Shown here: one piece after another, positions 38,235 through 47,055 of the stretch
How positions within the stretch are numbered: the stretch's first letter is position 1
Layout: each line of letters starts with the position of its first letter
DNA from: a virus
Taxonomy: Duplodnaviria > Caudoviricetes
Strand: one strand, 5' to 3'
DNA length: 47,080 nt
IMG/VR virus record: IMGVR_UViG_3300027672_000021
Location: 1-47,080 of that record
Made by a program: the position numbers and the translations under genes
Notes under the pieces: generated by a model
What the model saw: the letters and a program-made list of their open reading frames with translations, nothing else
Told to the model about the DNA's origin: nothing
Databases searched by the model: none

Positions 38235-38969
38235 CTACAATGTACTGTTAATAAAAAATTGTTTTGGGTCAAACCCTGATGTCTTAAAAAATAATCTATA
38301 CTGCTCAACAGCTTTCTCAACCTTCTGTGCTCCACGAGCATAAAAATCAGGTGAGCAATCAAATAAACCTACTTGATTTGTGTTCTTATCCACTACTATA
38401 AACATAAAATCATAACCAAATAGCTTATTGTAAATGTAAGCTTGGCTATCGTAATTATACTTAGTCGCAGAATACTTGAATCGCTCTATATCTGAGGTGG
38501 TTTTAAGGTCTACGATAAGCTTCTTCTCGTGATTAACTATATCAGCCTTACCCTTCCATAACTCCCCGTTAATCTCCATGATATTAGGAACTTCATACTC
38601 TACATCGAACCCTCTTATCAAGTCCTCGCATGTGTTGTTTGACATCACCGTATCTATAGTAACCTTTATTTTATCCACCTCACTCTGAAGCAAGCAAGGC
38701 ACTCCTTCTGTTGCCTCCTTGTATACCTTAGTGTTCCTATTACTAGCCTCTACAATCCTGTACTTATCAAGCTTCTCAGGCTCTAGAATAGCAGTATGGA
38801 AATAACCGCCAACCAAGAACGCTGGTATCACAGCTTGAGGTTCAAGCAAAGATAAAGGATTTGTTAGTAGCTTTGATATGTCTGAGTTGCTAAGGAATTG
38901 CTTACCAAAATCTCCGTAGTAATCCTCGTCATTTCTAAGACGTTCTATTGACTCTTTATTATACTTCAT
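38235..38969 (-). CDS. RecE/exonuclease VIII-like PD-(D/E)XK exonuclease
   Basis: LSNSDI, FHTAILEP, KGKAD...IVDLKTT and YDSQAYIY. Confidence 0.8.
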   Translation of the reverse strand: MKYNKESIERLRNDEDYYGDFGKQFLSNSDISKLLTNPLSLLEPQAVIPAFLVGGYFHTAILEPEKLDKYRIVEASNRNTKVYKEATEGVPCLLQSEVDKIKVTIDTVMSNNTCEDLIRGFDVEYEVPNIMEINGELWKGKADIVNHEKKLIVDLKTTSDIERFKYSATKYNYDSQAYIYNKLFGYDFMFIVVDKNTNQVGLFDCSPDFYARGAQKVEKAVEQYRLFFKTSGFDPKQFFINSTL

Positions 38970-38970
38970 A

Positions 38971-39645
38971 TTACAGTGTATTAAGATCTTGTTCTATTTC
39001 TTTTGAAAGATTGTATTTAGATTTTATAGCTGTCAGTTTACCACCAGACTTTATATAATCAACAGCCTTATGGTATGCAGGCTCAGTCCTTGATGCCAAT
39101 GTAGGCTTCGTTACTTTATTTAAAGAGAAAGAGTACCTTACGTTCTGATTATTATCTGTGGCTATGAGACTTGTTAATTTATTATCCACAAACTCAGAAA
39201 GCCAAATCCACTCTTTTAGCTTTAAATCCCAAGTTTGTTTAGCTCGACCACCTTCAACCTTAAACTCATTGCTATTTAGCTTTATCTGTATCACAGGATA
39301 ATCGTATAACTCTCTACCTATCCCTAGATTAAAGCAAGCCCGCTTAAAGCTATCAGAAGCTAATCCTTTTTGCGCCTCAGCACTACTCTCAGTTCCAGTA
39401 TCCTCCTTCTGAATCCATTGCTTTTTATCATCACACCAAATAGAAACTATACAGTTATGATTATCTCTAGTATGTAGCCTTTGCCACCCAGTAACGCCAT
39501 AAACATCATCTAGCCTTTGCATATCTGCCCTTGCATCTTTATATGCTAATACAGTAGCATACCCACCCTTATTTATACTCTGGACTCTAAAGTCTATTTC
39601 ATCAATAGCCAAAGGGGTGTTAATCTTAATTTCTTCATTTTTCAT
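38971..39645 (-). CDS. Rad52/Rad22-family ssDNA annealing recombinase
   Basis: LAYKDAR..MQRLDDVYG..GW, KEDTG and KGLASDSFKRACFNLGIGRELY. Confidence 0.8.
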   Translation of the reverse strand: MKNEEIKINTPLAIDEIDFRVQSINKGGYATVLAYKDARADMQRLDDVYGVTGWQRLHTRDNHNCIVSIWCDDKKQWIQKEDTGTESSAEAQKGLASDSFKRACFNLGIGRELYDYPVIQIKLNSNEFKVEGGRAKQTWDLKLKEWIWLSEFVDNKLTSLIATDNNQNVRYSFSLNKVTKPTLASRTEPAYHKAVDYIKSGGKLTAIKSKYNLSKEIEQDLNTL

Positions 39646-39666
39646 GATATATATAATTTAATAGTT

Positions 39667-40422
39667 TTATAAATAATCAATCACTTGTGAGTGATCTACA
39701 TTGTCGATGAGGGATTGTACTGCTTTCTTTTTTAACTCAGAAACCCTTACATGATTGCTAGTACCGACAAAACCTAGCTCCCTAGCTATCTCTTTTCCCG
39801 AATGCTTCTCGCAGTCAAGTCCATAAGACAACCTTAATACTTCATACTCATTGTCCTTCAAATGCTTCTTCATCAACCCGTTAAGGTATGCGTTAAGAAG
39901 GGCTATGTTATAAGGAGCACCGCTATCCATAACATCACTATATAATGTTTCTCCATTCTCATCTACACTTGTATTGTCAATACTTAGAAATATAGAATTA
40001 AAAAACATCTCTACCGCCTTCTTATCGTTAGGACTATTCCTCATTTGATTTCTTTTATATTCGGGAATACGCATATTGCTTCTGTTAATATCTATACGTC
40101 TCCTGATTGCACCCTTAACCCTCTTGGATAAGAAAGACTTTAAGGTCTTCTCAATATCCTCAGACTCAGATAGCCTATCTCTATCAATCTTATCAACCGC
40201 CCTTATTAGTCCTTCAGAACCAATCTGTATGAGGTCATTGATAGTTAGTATGCCAATAGACTGCTCAGAGGAAGGAAACTTACGAGCCAAGTTCTCTACC
40301 AACGGAAGGAACTTAACTATCAACTCGTCTCTGCTTAAATCCATGAAGCTGTTACTGCTTGGCATAGACTCCTTCAGATCTTCCTTGTATCTGATGTATG
40401 TTTCTAGGTTATACTTTTTCAT
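39667..40422 (-). CDS. Phage sigma70-family RNA polymerase sigma factor
   Basis: Region 2 'LPLVENLARKF...DLIQIGSEGLIRAVDK' and region 4 'EVLRLSYGL...KEIARELG'. Confidence 0.85.
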   Translation of the reverse strand: MKKYNLETYIRYKEDLKESMPSSNSFMDLSRDELIVKFLPLVENLARKFPSSEQSIGILTINDLIQIGSEGLIRAVDKIDRDRLSESEDIEKTLKSFLSKRVKGAIRRRIDINRSNMRIPEYKRNQMRNSPNDKKAVEMFFNSIFLSIDNTSVDENGETLYSDVMDSGAPYNIALLNAYLNGLMKKHLKDNEYEVLRLSYGLDCEKHSGKEIARELGFVGTSNHVRVSELKKKAVQSLIDNVDHSQVIDYL

Positions 40423-40450
40423 ACCGTAAAATTATAAAAGCGAAAGATAG

Positions 40451-41083
40451 TTATTTTTTTTGTTTTAAACTATTGTTTAACAATTTCTTTTCCGATTTCA
40501 TTAGTTCACTCATATTCCTAAATAACGTCCTAGTGCTGCATTTTAATTTATCAGATAAGTTTTTTGTTGAGATTTTAATACCCTCATCATTAATTTCCAG
40601 CATGCATTGGTATACCGCTTCATCATCAATAATAGAGTGCCTACCCATTAATCTACCAACCAAACTTAATTTCTGCTCCTTTGTAAGTCCACAAAAGGGT
40701 TTGAATATAACCTTACGCAGCCTATTATTAGGTGGCATATTGTAGTCATAATCCATAACCTCAGATAGAAGTTTATCTAGATCCATATTATTGATATTGA
40801 AAATAGTAAATCCATTATCCTTATCAGATATGAACTTTGATAAACTTCTAAACGTGCCGATATCCAATTCCGAGTTCAGATATCTTAGTATAATCAAATG
40901 CCATTTAAGTGACTTGTGGCTATTAATCTTATACTCAGTTCTAAATAACTCATAGCATTGATATGTTCCAAATTCGTAATAACTACCCCACTCATATGTT
41001 TCTGAAGGAACATCTGTAACGGGTAGCCTTCGGTATATTATCCTTCGGTCATTCAAGTACTTAATATTTCTTTCTTTTTCCAT
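40451..41083 (-). CDS. Hypothetical protein with a C-terminal HTH
   Basis: HTH-like 'ISTKNLSDKLKCSTRTLFRNM'. Confidence 0.6.
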   Translation of the reverse strand: MEKERNIKYLNDRRIIYRRLPVTDVPSETYEWGSYYEFGTYQCYELFRTEYKINSHKSLKWHLIILRYLNSELDIGTFRSLSKFISDKDNGFTIFNINNMDLDKLLSEVMDYDYNMPPNNRLRKVIFKPFCGLTKEQKLSLVGRLMGRHSIIDDEAVYQCMLEINDEGIKISTKNLSDKLKCSTRTLFRNMSELMKSEKKLLNNSLKQKK

Positions 41084-41093
41084 ATTTTAATTT

Positions 41094-41139
41094 TGTGCCA
41101 ATAGCCTATTACTCTTTTACTCTTATGGCTAGTGTCACA
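41094..41139. promoter_or_regulatory. Imperfect inverted repeat upstream of the HTH/sigma operon
   Basis: TGTGCCAATAGCC-(TTACTCT x2)-GGCTAGTGTCACA. Confidence 0.45.
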
Positions 41140-41296
41140 TTTTTAACCAATGCAGCCTTCTATTATATTTTTTAAATAAAAATATCTTATGACTGTCTAG
41201 CTTGCCTCTTAGAGCCTCATTGAGTATCCCGTACTTTAAGTCGTAAACTTCTCTGTTCATATATCGGATATGCATCCTAACTCTTTTACATTTCAT
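41135..41296 (-). CDS. Possible 53-aa basic ORF (MKCKRVRMHIRY...)
   Basis: Translated by hand; overlaps the upstream gene's stop. Confidence 0.5.
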   Translation of the reverse strand: MKCKRVRMHIRYMNREVYDLKYGILNEALRGKLDSHKIFLFKKYNRRLHWLKM

Positions 41297-41597
41297 TTAG
41301 TCTTTTTTTAAGTTCATCAATAGTCTTACTTATCTCAGCCGCAGCCTCGTAATTCTCGTCCTTTAATATCTTCGATAGTATAGCATAAAGGTTCTGTAGT
41401 CTAATGTATAGACCCTCCTTCTTGGATATGTCTTCCACTAGAGAATCGTCCATATCTTCCATCTCTATCATTTCATTGTAACTCTTATCGTTATGTTTAT
41501 CAACCTTATCAAAGAACTCTTTATCCAATTCCTTTTGCTTCTTAACTAATGCCTCGATAATCATATCGACCAACGTCTCCATCTCTTTTTTAGTCAT
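41286..41597 (-). CDS. Hypothetical protein with a C-terminal UVR-like motif
   Basis: 'LKDENYEAAAEISKTIDEL'. Confidence 0.55.
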   Translation of the reverse strand: MTKKEMETLVDMIIEALVKKQKELDKEFFDKVDKHNDKSYNEMIEMEDMDDSLVEDISKKEGLYIRLQNLYAILSKILKDENYEAAAEISKTIDELKKRLNEM

Positions 41598-41602
41598 GTT
41601 TT

Positions 41603-42049
41603 TTATTTTTTTAAGACTGCTACCTTATGGTGATTTTTATTTAAAAATCTATTTATTCTCTCTGTTATAACTTCGCCTCTGCTTAGAAATGTAATCGTGC
41701 CATTCTTCCAATCTATATCTACGATATCCTTACATGAAGGAGCATTCATATGCCCATTTAAAATCGCATCAGATATAATATCTCTATCTGCCCTAACCAT
41801 CTTATCAAACTCGTAGAATTTGTCTATCTTATTAGATCCGAACACTACACTAGAGTGATCTCTACCTATGTATTTGCCTATAGCTAATGTAGTTGAATGC
41901 GTATATGACCTGCATATATTGCAAAACATATGCCTAGCAGCCACTAAGTCTTGCCGCCTATTAACCGTTAGTACATCTTCTTTTGTAACCCCATAGTAAT
42001 CACACACTACTTGCATTATGTTTTCGAAATTTAGTAATTTATTACTCAT
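41603..42049 (-). CDS. Stand-alone DnaA domain IV-like HTH protein
   Basis: 'IMQVVCDYYGV...RRQDLVAARHM...IGKYIGRDHSSVVFGSNKI' matches the DnaA C-terminal RDHxTV signature. Confidence 0.8.
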   Translation of the reverse strand: MSNKLLNFENIMQVVCDYYGVTKEDVLTVNRRQDLVAARHMFCNICRSYTHSTTLAIGKYIGRDHSSVVFGSNKIDKFYEFDKMVRADRDIISDAILNGHMNAPSCKDIVDIDWKNGTITFLSRGEVITERINRFLNKNHHKVAVLKK

Positions 42050-42060
42050 TTTATTTGATT

Positions 42061-42237
42061 TTAATTGTTAAACACTATCTTATCTACACTCTTTATAAGC
42101 TTAATCTGCTCGTTAATCTGATTAATCTTCTTATCGTTCTCCTTCCATATCAGTAGTTCTCCATTACGACTATCGTTGCAGTAATCCCACTTGATTTTTT
42201 CTAATGCATTTAGCAATATTTCTCTATCAATTTCCAT
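42061..42237 (-). CDS. Possible 58-aa ORF (MEIDREILLNALEKIKW...)
   Basis: Translated by hand; fills the intergenic gap. Confidence 0.55.
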   Translation of the reverse strand: MEIDREILLNALEKIKWDYCNDSRNGELLIWKENDKKINQINEQIKLIKSVDKIVFNN

Positions 42238-42245
42238 AGATTTTA

Positions 42246-42590
42246 TTATATAAAATTAAACATTAACCCTAATTGTTCCTTAACTTCTAGCTTCCTACTA
42301 GCACTGATAGGTATAGATATACCATCGGTATCTAGCAGCAGATAGCCACCTAAATCCCTATGCAAAGCTATAACTCTATCGGCATTGACCACAAACGACC
42401 TATGCGTCTTAATGAAATTACCTCCATTCAACTTGCCCTCTACATAGTTTAAGTTCCTGGATATCATAACCCTTTCATTCGTGCATTGCACAACTGAGTA
42501 ACTACCATCTGCTTGTACAAATAGTATATCATCGCTATCGATAATTTTTCTACCGTACATAGTCGGCAGACCTATCTTATTCTTCTTCAT
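42246..42590 (-). CDS. Stand-alone LytTR DNA-binding domain protein
   Basis: 'DILFVQADGSYS...SRNL...FIKTHRSFVVN...IPIS'. Confidence 0.85.
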   Translation of the reverse strand: MKKNKIGLPTMYGRKIIDSDDILFVQADGSYSVVQCTNERVMISRNLNYVEGKLNGGNFIKTHRSFVVNADRVIALHRDLGGYLLLDTDGISIPISASRKLEVKEQLGLMFNFI

Positions 42591-42832
42591 AGTTTTTTTA
42601 CTTTGTAGAACACTGCCTCGTTTTTATCCCCATCACTTATGTCATGCCCCGAAACACTATAATCATTTCCGATTACTTTCTTTAGGTCGAATAGATTTAT
42701 AGGTAGCCAATATCCAAATCTTAAAGTTATATCGTTATTCTTACTCATAGACACACTTAGTTGACTATACTTTGACACGCTATTGGCTGACCACCAATTT
42801 TCTATCCTCTCTACTACATTGATCTTATTCAT
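42587..42832 (-). CDS. Hypothetical protein (81 aa)
   Basis: ORF track; ATGA coupling with the LytTR gene. Confidence 0.6.
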   Translation of the reverse strand: MNKINVVERIENWWSANSVSKYSQLSVSMSKNNDITLRFGYWLPINLFDLKKVIGNDYSVSGHDISDGDKNEAVFYKVKKL

Positions 42833-42859
42833 AATTTCTAAATTTATTTGTTTATTAAA

Positions 42860-42913
42860 TTATAACATAGTCTGAAGAAACATTTCAAAACGTTTCTTAG
42901 ACGGGTGTTAGCA
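42860..42913 (-). mobile_element. attC-like site D (54 bp) downstream of the MTase
   Basis: Minus strand TGCTAAC-ACCC-GTCTAAGAAAC...GTTTCTTCAGAC-TAT-GTTATAA; an 11-bp stem with one extrahelical base. Confidence 0.6.
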
Positions 42914-42917
42914 TTAA

Positions 42918-43682
42918 TTAAAGAAACAGTCTGTAAATATCGTTCTTACTTATATTTGGGCTACTTTGGTGTTTTTTAAAGTTTTGCCAATCGTGATTTA
43001 AAATAGTATTTTTAACGTATTCTAAATTGGATTTATCAAAAACAACAACCTTATATTCATCTCCATATCTTTTACCATTTTCAAATATTTCTTTACCAAC
43101 ACTTCCACGTTTACAAAACATAAAATCAGCATTTGTGTTTTCAAAATTATCTCTATTGGTTCTATGTAAACTAAATAAATCACTTTTTAAATTAGGTTTT
43201 TTATTCAACTTACCACCTTCTGGTCTATGATATAAATTAAAACAACAATGTACATAAATTCCACTATATTCCATTATGCCTAAATCAATGCTTTTTACTA
43301 AATCAAATTCATAAAGGCTATTCACGTTGTTTAATTGGCTTATAGGTAATATAAAACCAATCATATCACACATTTTAATTGAGTGTTTAAAAAACTTTAA
43401 TGCTAAATTATTTCTATTTCCAAACGGTGGGTTTCCAATTATTGCTCTACCATATTTATAAGGTAAATCTAATTGTAAAAAATCTTGCTTAATTATGCTT
43501 TCGTGTTCGGGTTCAATGTCGTAAGCTATACAATCATCTAACTTTAAACTAAAAGCACCATTTCCAGCACTTGGTTCAATTAGTTCTGTAACTTCTTCAA
43601 ACATTATCCAAAACTCATTTATACACCTATCAACAATATGTTCGGGTGTGTAAAATTTATCTAAATTTATTTTATTACTCAC
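42918..43682 (-). CDS. DNA N6-adenine methyltransferase (gamma-type motif order)
   Basis: DKFYTP, motif I IEPSAGNGAF, QDFL and motif IV IGNPPFG; GTG start. Confidence 0.85.
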   Translation of the reverse strand: MSNKINLDKFYTPEHIVDRCINEFWIMFEEVTELIEPSAGNGAFSLKLDDCIAYDIEPEHESIIKQDFLQLDLPYKYGRAIIGNPPFGNRNNLALKFFKHSIKMCDMIGFILPISQLNNVNSLYEFDLVKSIDLGIMEYSGIYVHCCFNLYHRPEGGKLNKKPNLKSDLFSLHRTNRDNFENTNADFMFCKRGSVGKEIFENGKRYGDEYKVVVFDKSNLEYVKNTILNHDWQNFKKHQSSPNISKNDIYRLFL

Positions 43683-43696
43683 ATCTTTTTATTTTA

Positions 43697-44233
43697 TTAA
43701 ATTATTATTAAATCCCAAGAATAAATAGGTGTATGTTCTCCTATGTAAGAATTTCTTATATTGAAATTAAAAAATTCAATCGCTTCTAATTCGTTCATCT
43801 CCTCTTCTGTTTGGAGTATGTGTAAGCATAAATGAATTGAGTATATTATTCTCATTTGTTTATCATCAACACCAATTATAGCTTTGTCAAATCCTTCTAA
43901 TTTTACATACTCTTCGCCTTCACAGTGTATTTCTATGCTCTTAATTAAATCACTCATAATGGATGTTGTTACTTCTGTATAATTAATTTCAATACTCTTA
44001 TCAATCTTTTTTATCATTCTTATAAAATACTTTGGGTTCTTCGTGGTTCTTGCAATTTCAATTTTTGCAACTGATTTTTTATGATGATGAAAATATATGT
44101 CAAAATAATCATCATTAATGTAACCTGATATTGAACAGTAAACATTCCAATTAGAATTATCGTTAACATATACGTTAACGTCTTTTGGCAGTTTCTTTAT
44201 CGTTTCATCTAATATTTCTTGTAATCCTTTCAT
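43697..44233 (-). CDS. Hypothetical protein, apparent fusion; C-terminal half paralogous to 44230-44481
   Basis: 'EGFDKAIIG...IYS...EAIEFFNFNIRNSYIGEHTPI' versus 'DGFNEAIIG...VYS...DAIECAEYNTFNAYVGEKTPL'. Confidence 0.6.
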   Translation of the reverse strand: MKGLQEILDETIKKLPKDVNVYVNDNSNWNVYCSISGYINDDYFDIYFHHHKKSVAKIEIARTTKNPKYFIRMIKKIDKSIEINYTEVTTSIMSDLIKSIEIHCEGEEYVKLEGFDKAIIGVDDKQMRIIYSIHLCLHILQTEEEMNELEAIEFFNFNIRNSYIGEHTPIYSWDLIII

Positions 44234-44481
44234 AATTCATTTTTCATATCATCCACCCATAGTGGTGTCTTCTCCCCTACATATGCATTGAAGGTGTTGT
44301 ACTCAGCACATTCTATTGCGTCCTCTTCACTCATATCTTTCATAAGTATTTCTATCACTTTGCTTCTAGAGTATACCACCTTCCACATATTAGGCTCAAA
44401 GCCTATTATCGCTTCGTTAAATCCATCAGCGAATAGTATGTCATCGCTAGATCCATAAACATCTACTATTACTTCATACAT
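44230..44481 (-). CDS. Hypothetical phage protein (83 aa)
   Basis: ORF track; has a paralog immediately downstream. Confidence 0.7.
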   Translation of the reverse strand: MYEVIVDVYGSSDDILFADGFNEAIIGFEPNMWKVVYSRSKVIEILMKDMSEEDAIECAEYNTFNAYVGEKTPLWVDDMKNEL

Positions 44482-44484
44482 AGC

Positions 44485-44730
44485 CTATTCGTTTAAGTAA
44501 GCTATGTTGAAGGAGGTAGAGTATAAGCTATTCCACTCGCAAGACTCAAGGAATGTCATAGCCAAAGTGTTAACCATTTCACTTCCGCTGCTCTCATTGA
44601 ACACCTCCTCATAAACCAATGCGTGAAACTGATTTGCATTTTCGCATTTTAATATTAAATGTCTATCCATATTGCATATGACATTTTTGTATAGCATATA
44701 ATTTTCGTATGTATCGAATCCTTTATTCAT
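44485..44730 (-). CDS. Hypothetical protein (81 aa)
   Basis: ORF track; tightly packed with neighbours. Confidence 0.55.
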   Translation of the reverse strand: MNKGFDTYENYMLYKNVICNMDRHLILKCENANQFHALVYEEVFNESSGSEMVNTLAMTFLESCEWNSLYSTSFNIAYLNE

Positions 44731-44894
44731 GATAGTATTGTTTTGTATTCATTGACTTGTGCAGTTAAAATTATTAGTTTTAAGTACCTATCTATAATTG
44801 CCTCTAACTCATCACCTTTCAATGGGAAATCAGTGTTGCAGCATTCCAATATAAATTCCTTAAATTCTCTCGTTACTTCTTCGGTATCCTTCAT
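44727..44894 (-). CDS. Possible 55-aa ORF (MKDTEEVTREFKEF...)
   Basis: Translated by hand; ATGA coupling to the next ORF. Confidence 0.55.
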   Translation of the reverse strand: MKDTEEVTREFKEFILECCNTDFPLKGDELEAIIDRYLKLIILTAQVNEYKTILS

Positions 44895-44922
44895 ATCTAT
44901 TTTATTTAATTCACAAATATAA

Positions 44923-45222
44923 TTAAAATGTTAGTAATTCGTTAACAATGATTAGTTTTTCTTGCCGACCAAAACTACCCATCCTAGTATCACCAGTGTA
45001 TCTAAGCCTATTCTCGGCTACCAAATTAGTTATAGACCTTCTCACACTTGTGAGGGGAATAGTACCGTTAAACACTAGCTTAAGTAGCTGAGATGCTCCG
45101 TATTCGATTGCTTTCTGACCCGATAAAAACTCCATTATCTTTTCGTTTTGGGTTTTCGCTTTCGTTTCAAATGCTTCTAATTGCTTACCACTCTCGTTAG
45201 TGGTGTTGTAATAATTTTCCAT
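44923..45222 (-). CDS. Hypothetical winged-HTH-like protein
   Basis: 'IPLTSVRRSITNLV...RMGSFGRQE'. Confidence 0.55.
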   Translation of the reverse strand: MENYYNTTNESGKQLEAFETKAKTQNEKIMEFLSGQKAIEYGASQLLKLVFNGTIPLTSVRRSITNLVAENRLRYTGDTRMGSFGRQEKLIIVNELLTF

Positions 45223-45223
45223 T

Positions 45224-45514
45224 TTAATTTAATTTAAGTTGTTTAATAAATTCTACTACTGCTTTGTATGTGTTGTCTCTATCGCAATCTAATAAGGCGT
45301 GTGTAATGTCCCCTACTTCGTTTTCATCTGCTCCGTTATGATAGCACGAGTCAACTACGGGCATCAGCCAATCCCACGAGGTATGGTATTCCATTGAATT
45401 AATAGGCACTACCTCATTACCTTGAGGAGTCATTTGTATCATTACTGAATTATCGTTAGGCACACCATATTCCATACCCATAAATTCTGCTATTAGCTTG
45501 TTATCGTTTTTCAT
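45224..45514 (-). CDS. Hypothetical phage protein (96 aa)
   Basis: 'NKLIAEFMG...YHTSWDWLMPVV...YKAVVEFIK' pattern recalled from phage small-ORF families. Confidence 0.65.
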   Translation of the reverse strand: MKNDNKLIAEFMGMEYGVPNDNSVMIQMTPQGNEVVPINSMEYHTSWDWLMPVVDSCYHNGADENEVGDITHALLDCDRDNTYKAVVEFIKQLKLN

Positions 45515-45864
45515 TTTAATTTAATTTTAATTTGTTTGTATACAATTTCTTTTCCTTTAAATTCCCTATCTTCAATAGGTGTTATGTTGCTAGTGCTATT
45601 AAAGTCTATCACACTTTTGTATGGGTATGATTCGTAAACATACACACTACTCTTATTATTATTTTCGTAGAATATGTCAACTGCTATAGTTGAATCCTTT
45701 ACGCTTGAGGGTAGTTCTATATAGCTACTGCTAAATAGGTAGTGTCCATCGTTCATTGTAATTGATGCGTCCACGAATGATACCTTCCAAACTATAGCAT
45801 TCTTACCTTTCTTGCAGCCACACAGTATTGCCGCTGCAATGATTAATATTAATTGCGCTCTCAT
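45511..45864 (-). CDS. Putative lipoprotein
   Basis: MRAQLILIIAAAILCG|CKKGK: basic N-terminus, hydrophobic core and lipobox-like Cys. Confidence 0.55.
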   Translation of the reverse strand: MRAQLILIIAAAILCGCKKGKNAIVWKVSFVDASITMNDGHYLFSSSYIELPSSVKDSTIAVDIFYENNNKSSVYVYESYPYKSVIDFNSTSNITPIEDREFKGKEIVYKQIKIKLK

Positions 45865-46088
45865 TAATCTAGTCTTAAAAAGTAGGTTGTTAAATCAGTA
45901 AAAAAATCAACATTATTTTTACCACTATTTCTAACGCAAATATCTAGATTTCGTATAGCATTATCGAGATCTTTTCTCGCTAGTTTAATTAATGCTCTTG
46001 TGCAAAATTCGTAGTACTCCAAATTGTTTCTCTTGTAAACCGATGCTAGTCTTTCTAGTCTTTTGATAACCGTTTCTTGATTTGTCAT
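45864..46088 (-). CDS. Hypothetical protein (74 aa)
   Basis: ORF track; TAATG coupling. Confidence 0.55.
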   Translation of the reverse strand: MTNQETVIKRLERLASVYKRNNLEYYEFCTRALIKLARKDLDNAIRNLDICVRNSGKNNVDFFTDLTTYFLRLD

Positions 46089-46108
46089 TTTTGTTTAAGT
46101 TTAAATTA

Positions 46109-46131
46109 AGGGTGAGGAATATCCCCACCCT
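46109..46131 (-). terminator. Hairpin after the DUF932 gene (terminator or stabiliser)
   Basis: Minus strand AGGGTGGGGA-TAT-TCCTCACCCT pairs fully (one G.U) only on that strand; weak U tail. Confidence 0.55.
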
Positions 46132-46143
46132 ATAGTATTATTA

Positions 46144-47055
46144 CTACACTTTCTCTAACGCTAACCAACCACACATAGTGTTGTATGCTCTAGCAGATAT
46201 TGCTGCGTCCGTACCAAACAATAGGCTTTCTACCTTATCTTTTCTAGTGGTAGAATGATTAGTATACCTAGTTACTGCGTTAAACAATGCCCATAACGTC
46301 TCACCTTGTTCGTTAATAGATTGCTCTATGTCATTAGAGAATTGCTTCATATTGTTTTGTGTTCTTGTAGATACCTCTGACCTATTTTTGTTAGCATCTA
46401 CCTTGAATACTGACATCACAATATCTTGTATATGATTCTTTTCAAATCTAACATTGGCTGCATTTTCGAATACCTCCAATTGATTATTCTCGTAGTTCAT
46501 TGCTTGTTGGAACAACCGCATAGCTTCATCTAATCTTTGTTGTAGTGATGCTGAATGTCGAAACTTTGACAGAAATTTATTTGCCATTGCAAACGTATTC
46601 TCACAACACACTACTTGATTAGTACTGCCAAATCCAACCGAACCACTGCCATCGTGCTTGTTTGTGATAGTAATGTACCTATTCACATCGCTTTTCCCAA
46701 TGTACTTGCTAGGTAGTTCTAGCTGAAGAAATACACCTGCTCCACTACCAATAGAACCACCACCTACATTGCCGTAGCTACCTAATGTAGAGGCATTGTC
46801 CCAAGGGTGGTGAAAGTTAGCGTTTGGATTAAAGTTACCATTCGCAGATTCTATTAGCATGTGTGCTGCATCTTTGTTTTGCAGAAATTCATACCGATTT
46901 CCAACGACACCAAGTATGGCATCGTTATCACTTCTTTCTACCGCATACTTATCGGGAATAATTGTTCCTTTTGCAGTGTACAATTCTTGCTTTGAGGCAG
47001 TCCAATTTAATCCCGTTGCCTCTAGTGTTTCAAATACTATTTCATTCTTATTCAT
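46144..47055 (-). CDS. DUF932/DUF945-like phage/plasmid protein
   Basis: 'GLNW...RSDN...LGVVGNRYEFLQN', 'NKHDGSGS...VCCENT' and 'TLWALFNAVTRYTNH'. Start uncertain: 47055 or further upstream at the window edge. Confidence 0.75.
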   Translation of the reverse strand: MNKNEIVFETLEATGLNWTASKQELYTAKGTIIPDKYAVERSDNDAILGVVGNRYEFLQNKDAAHMLIESANGNFNPNANFHHPWDNASTLGSYGNVGGGSIGSGAGVFLQLELPSKYIGKSDVNRYITITNKHDGSGSVGFGSTNQVVCCENTFAMANKFLSKFRHSASLQQRLDEAMRLFQQAMNYENNQLEVFENAANVRFEKNHIQDIVMSVFKVDANKNRSEVSTRTQNNMKQFSNDIEQSINEQGETLWALFNAVTRYTNHSTTRKDKVESLLFGTDAAISARAYNTMCGWLALEKV

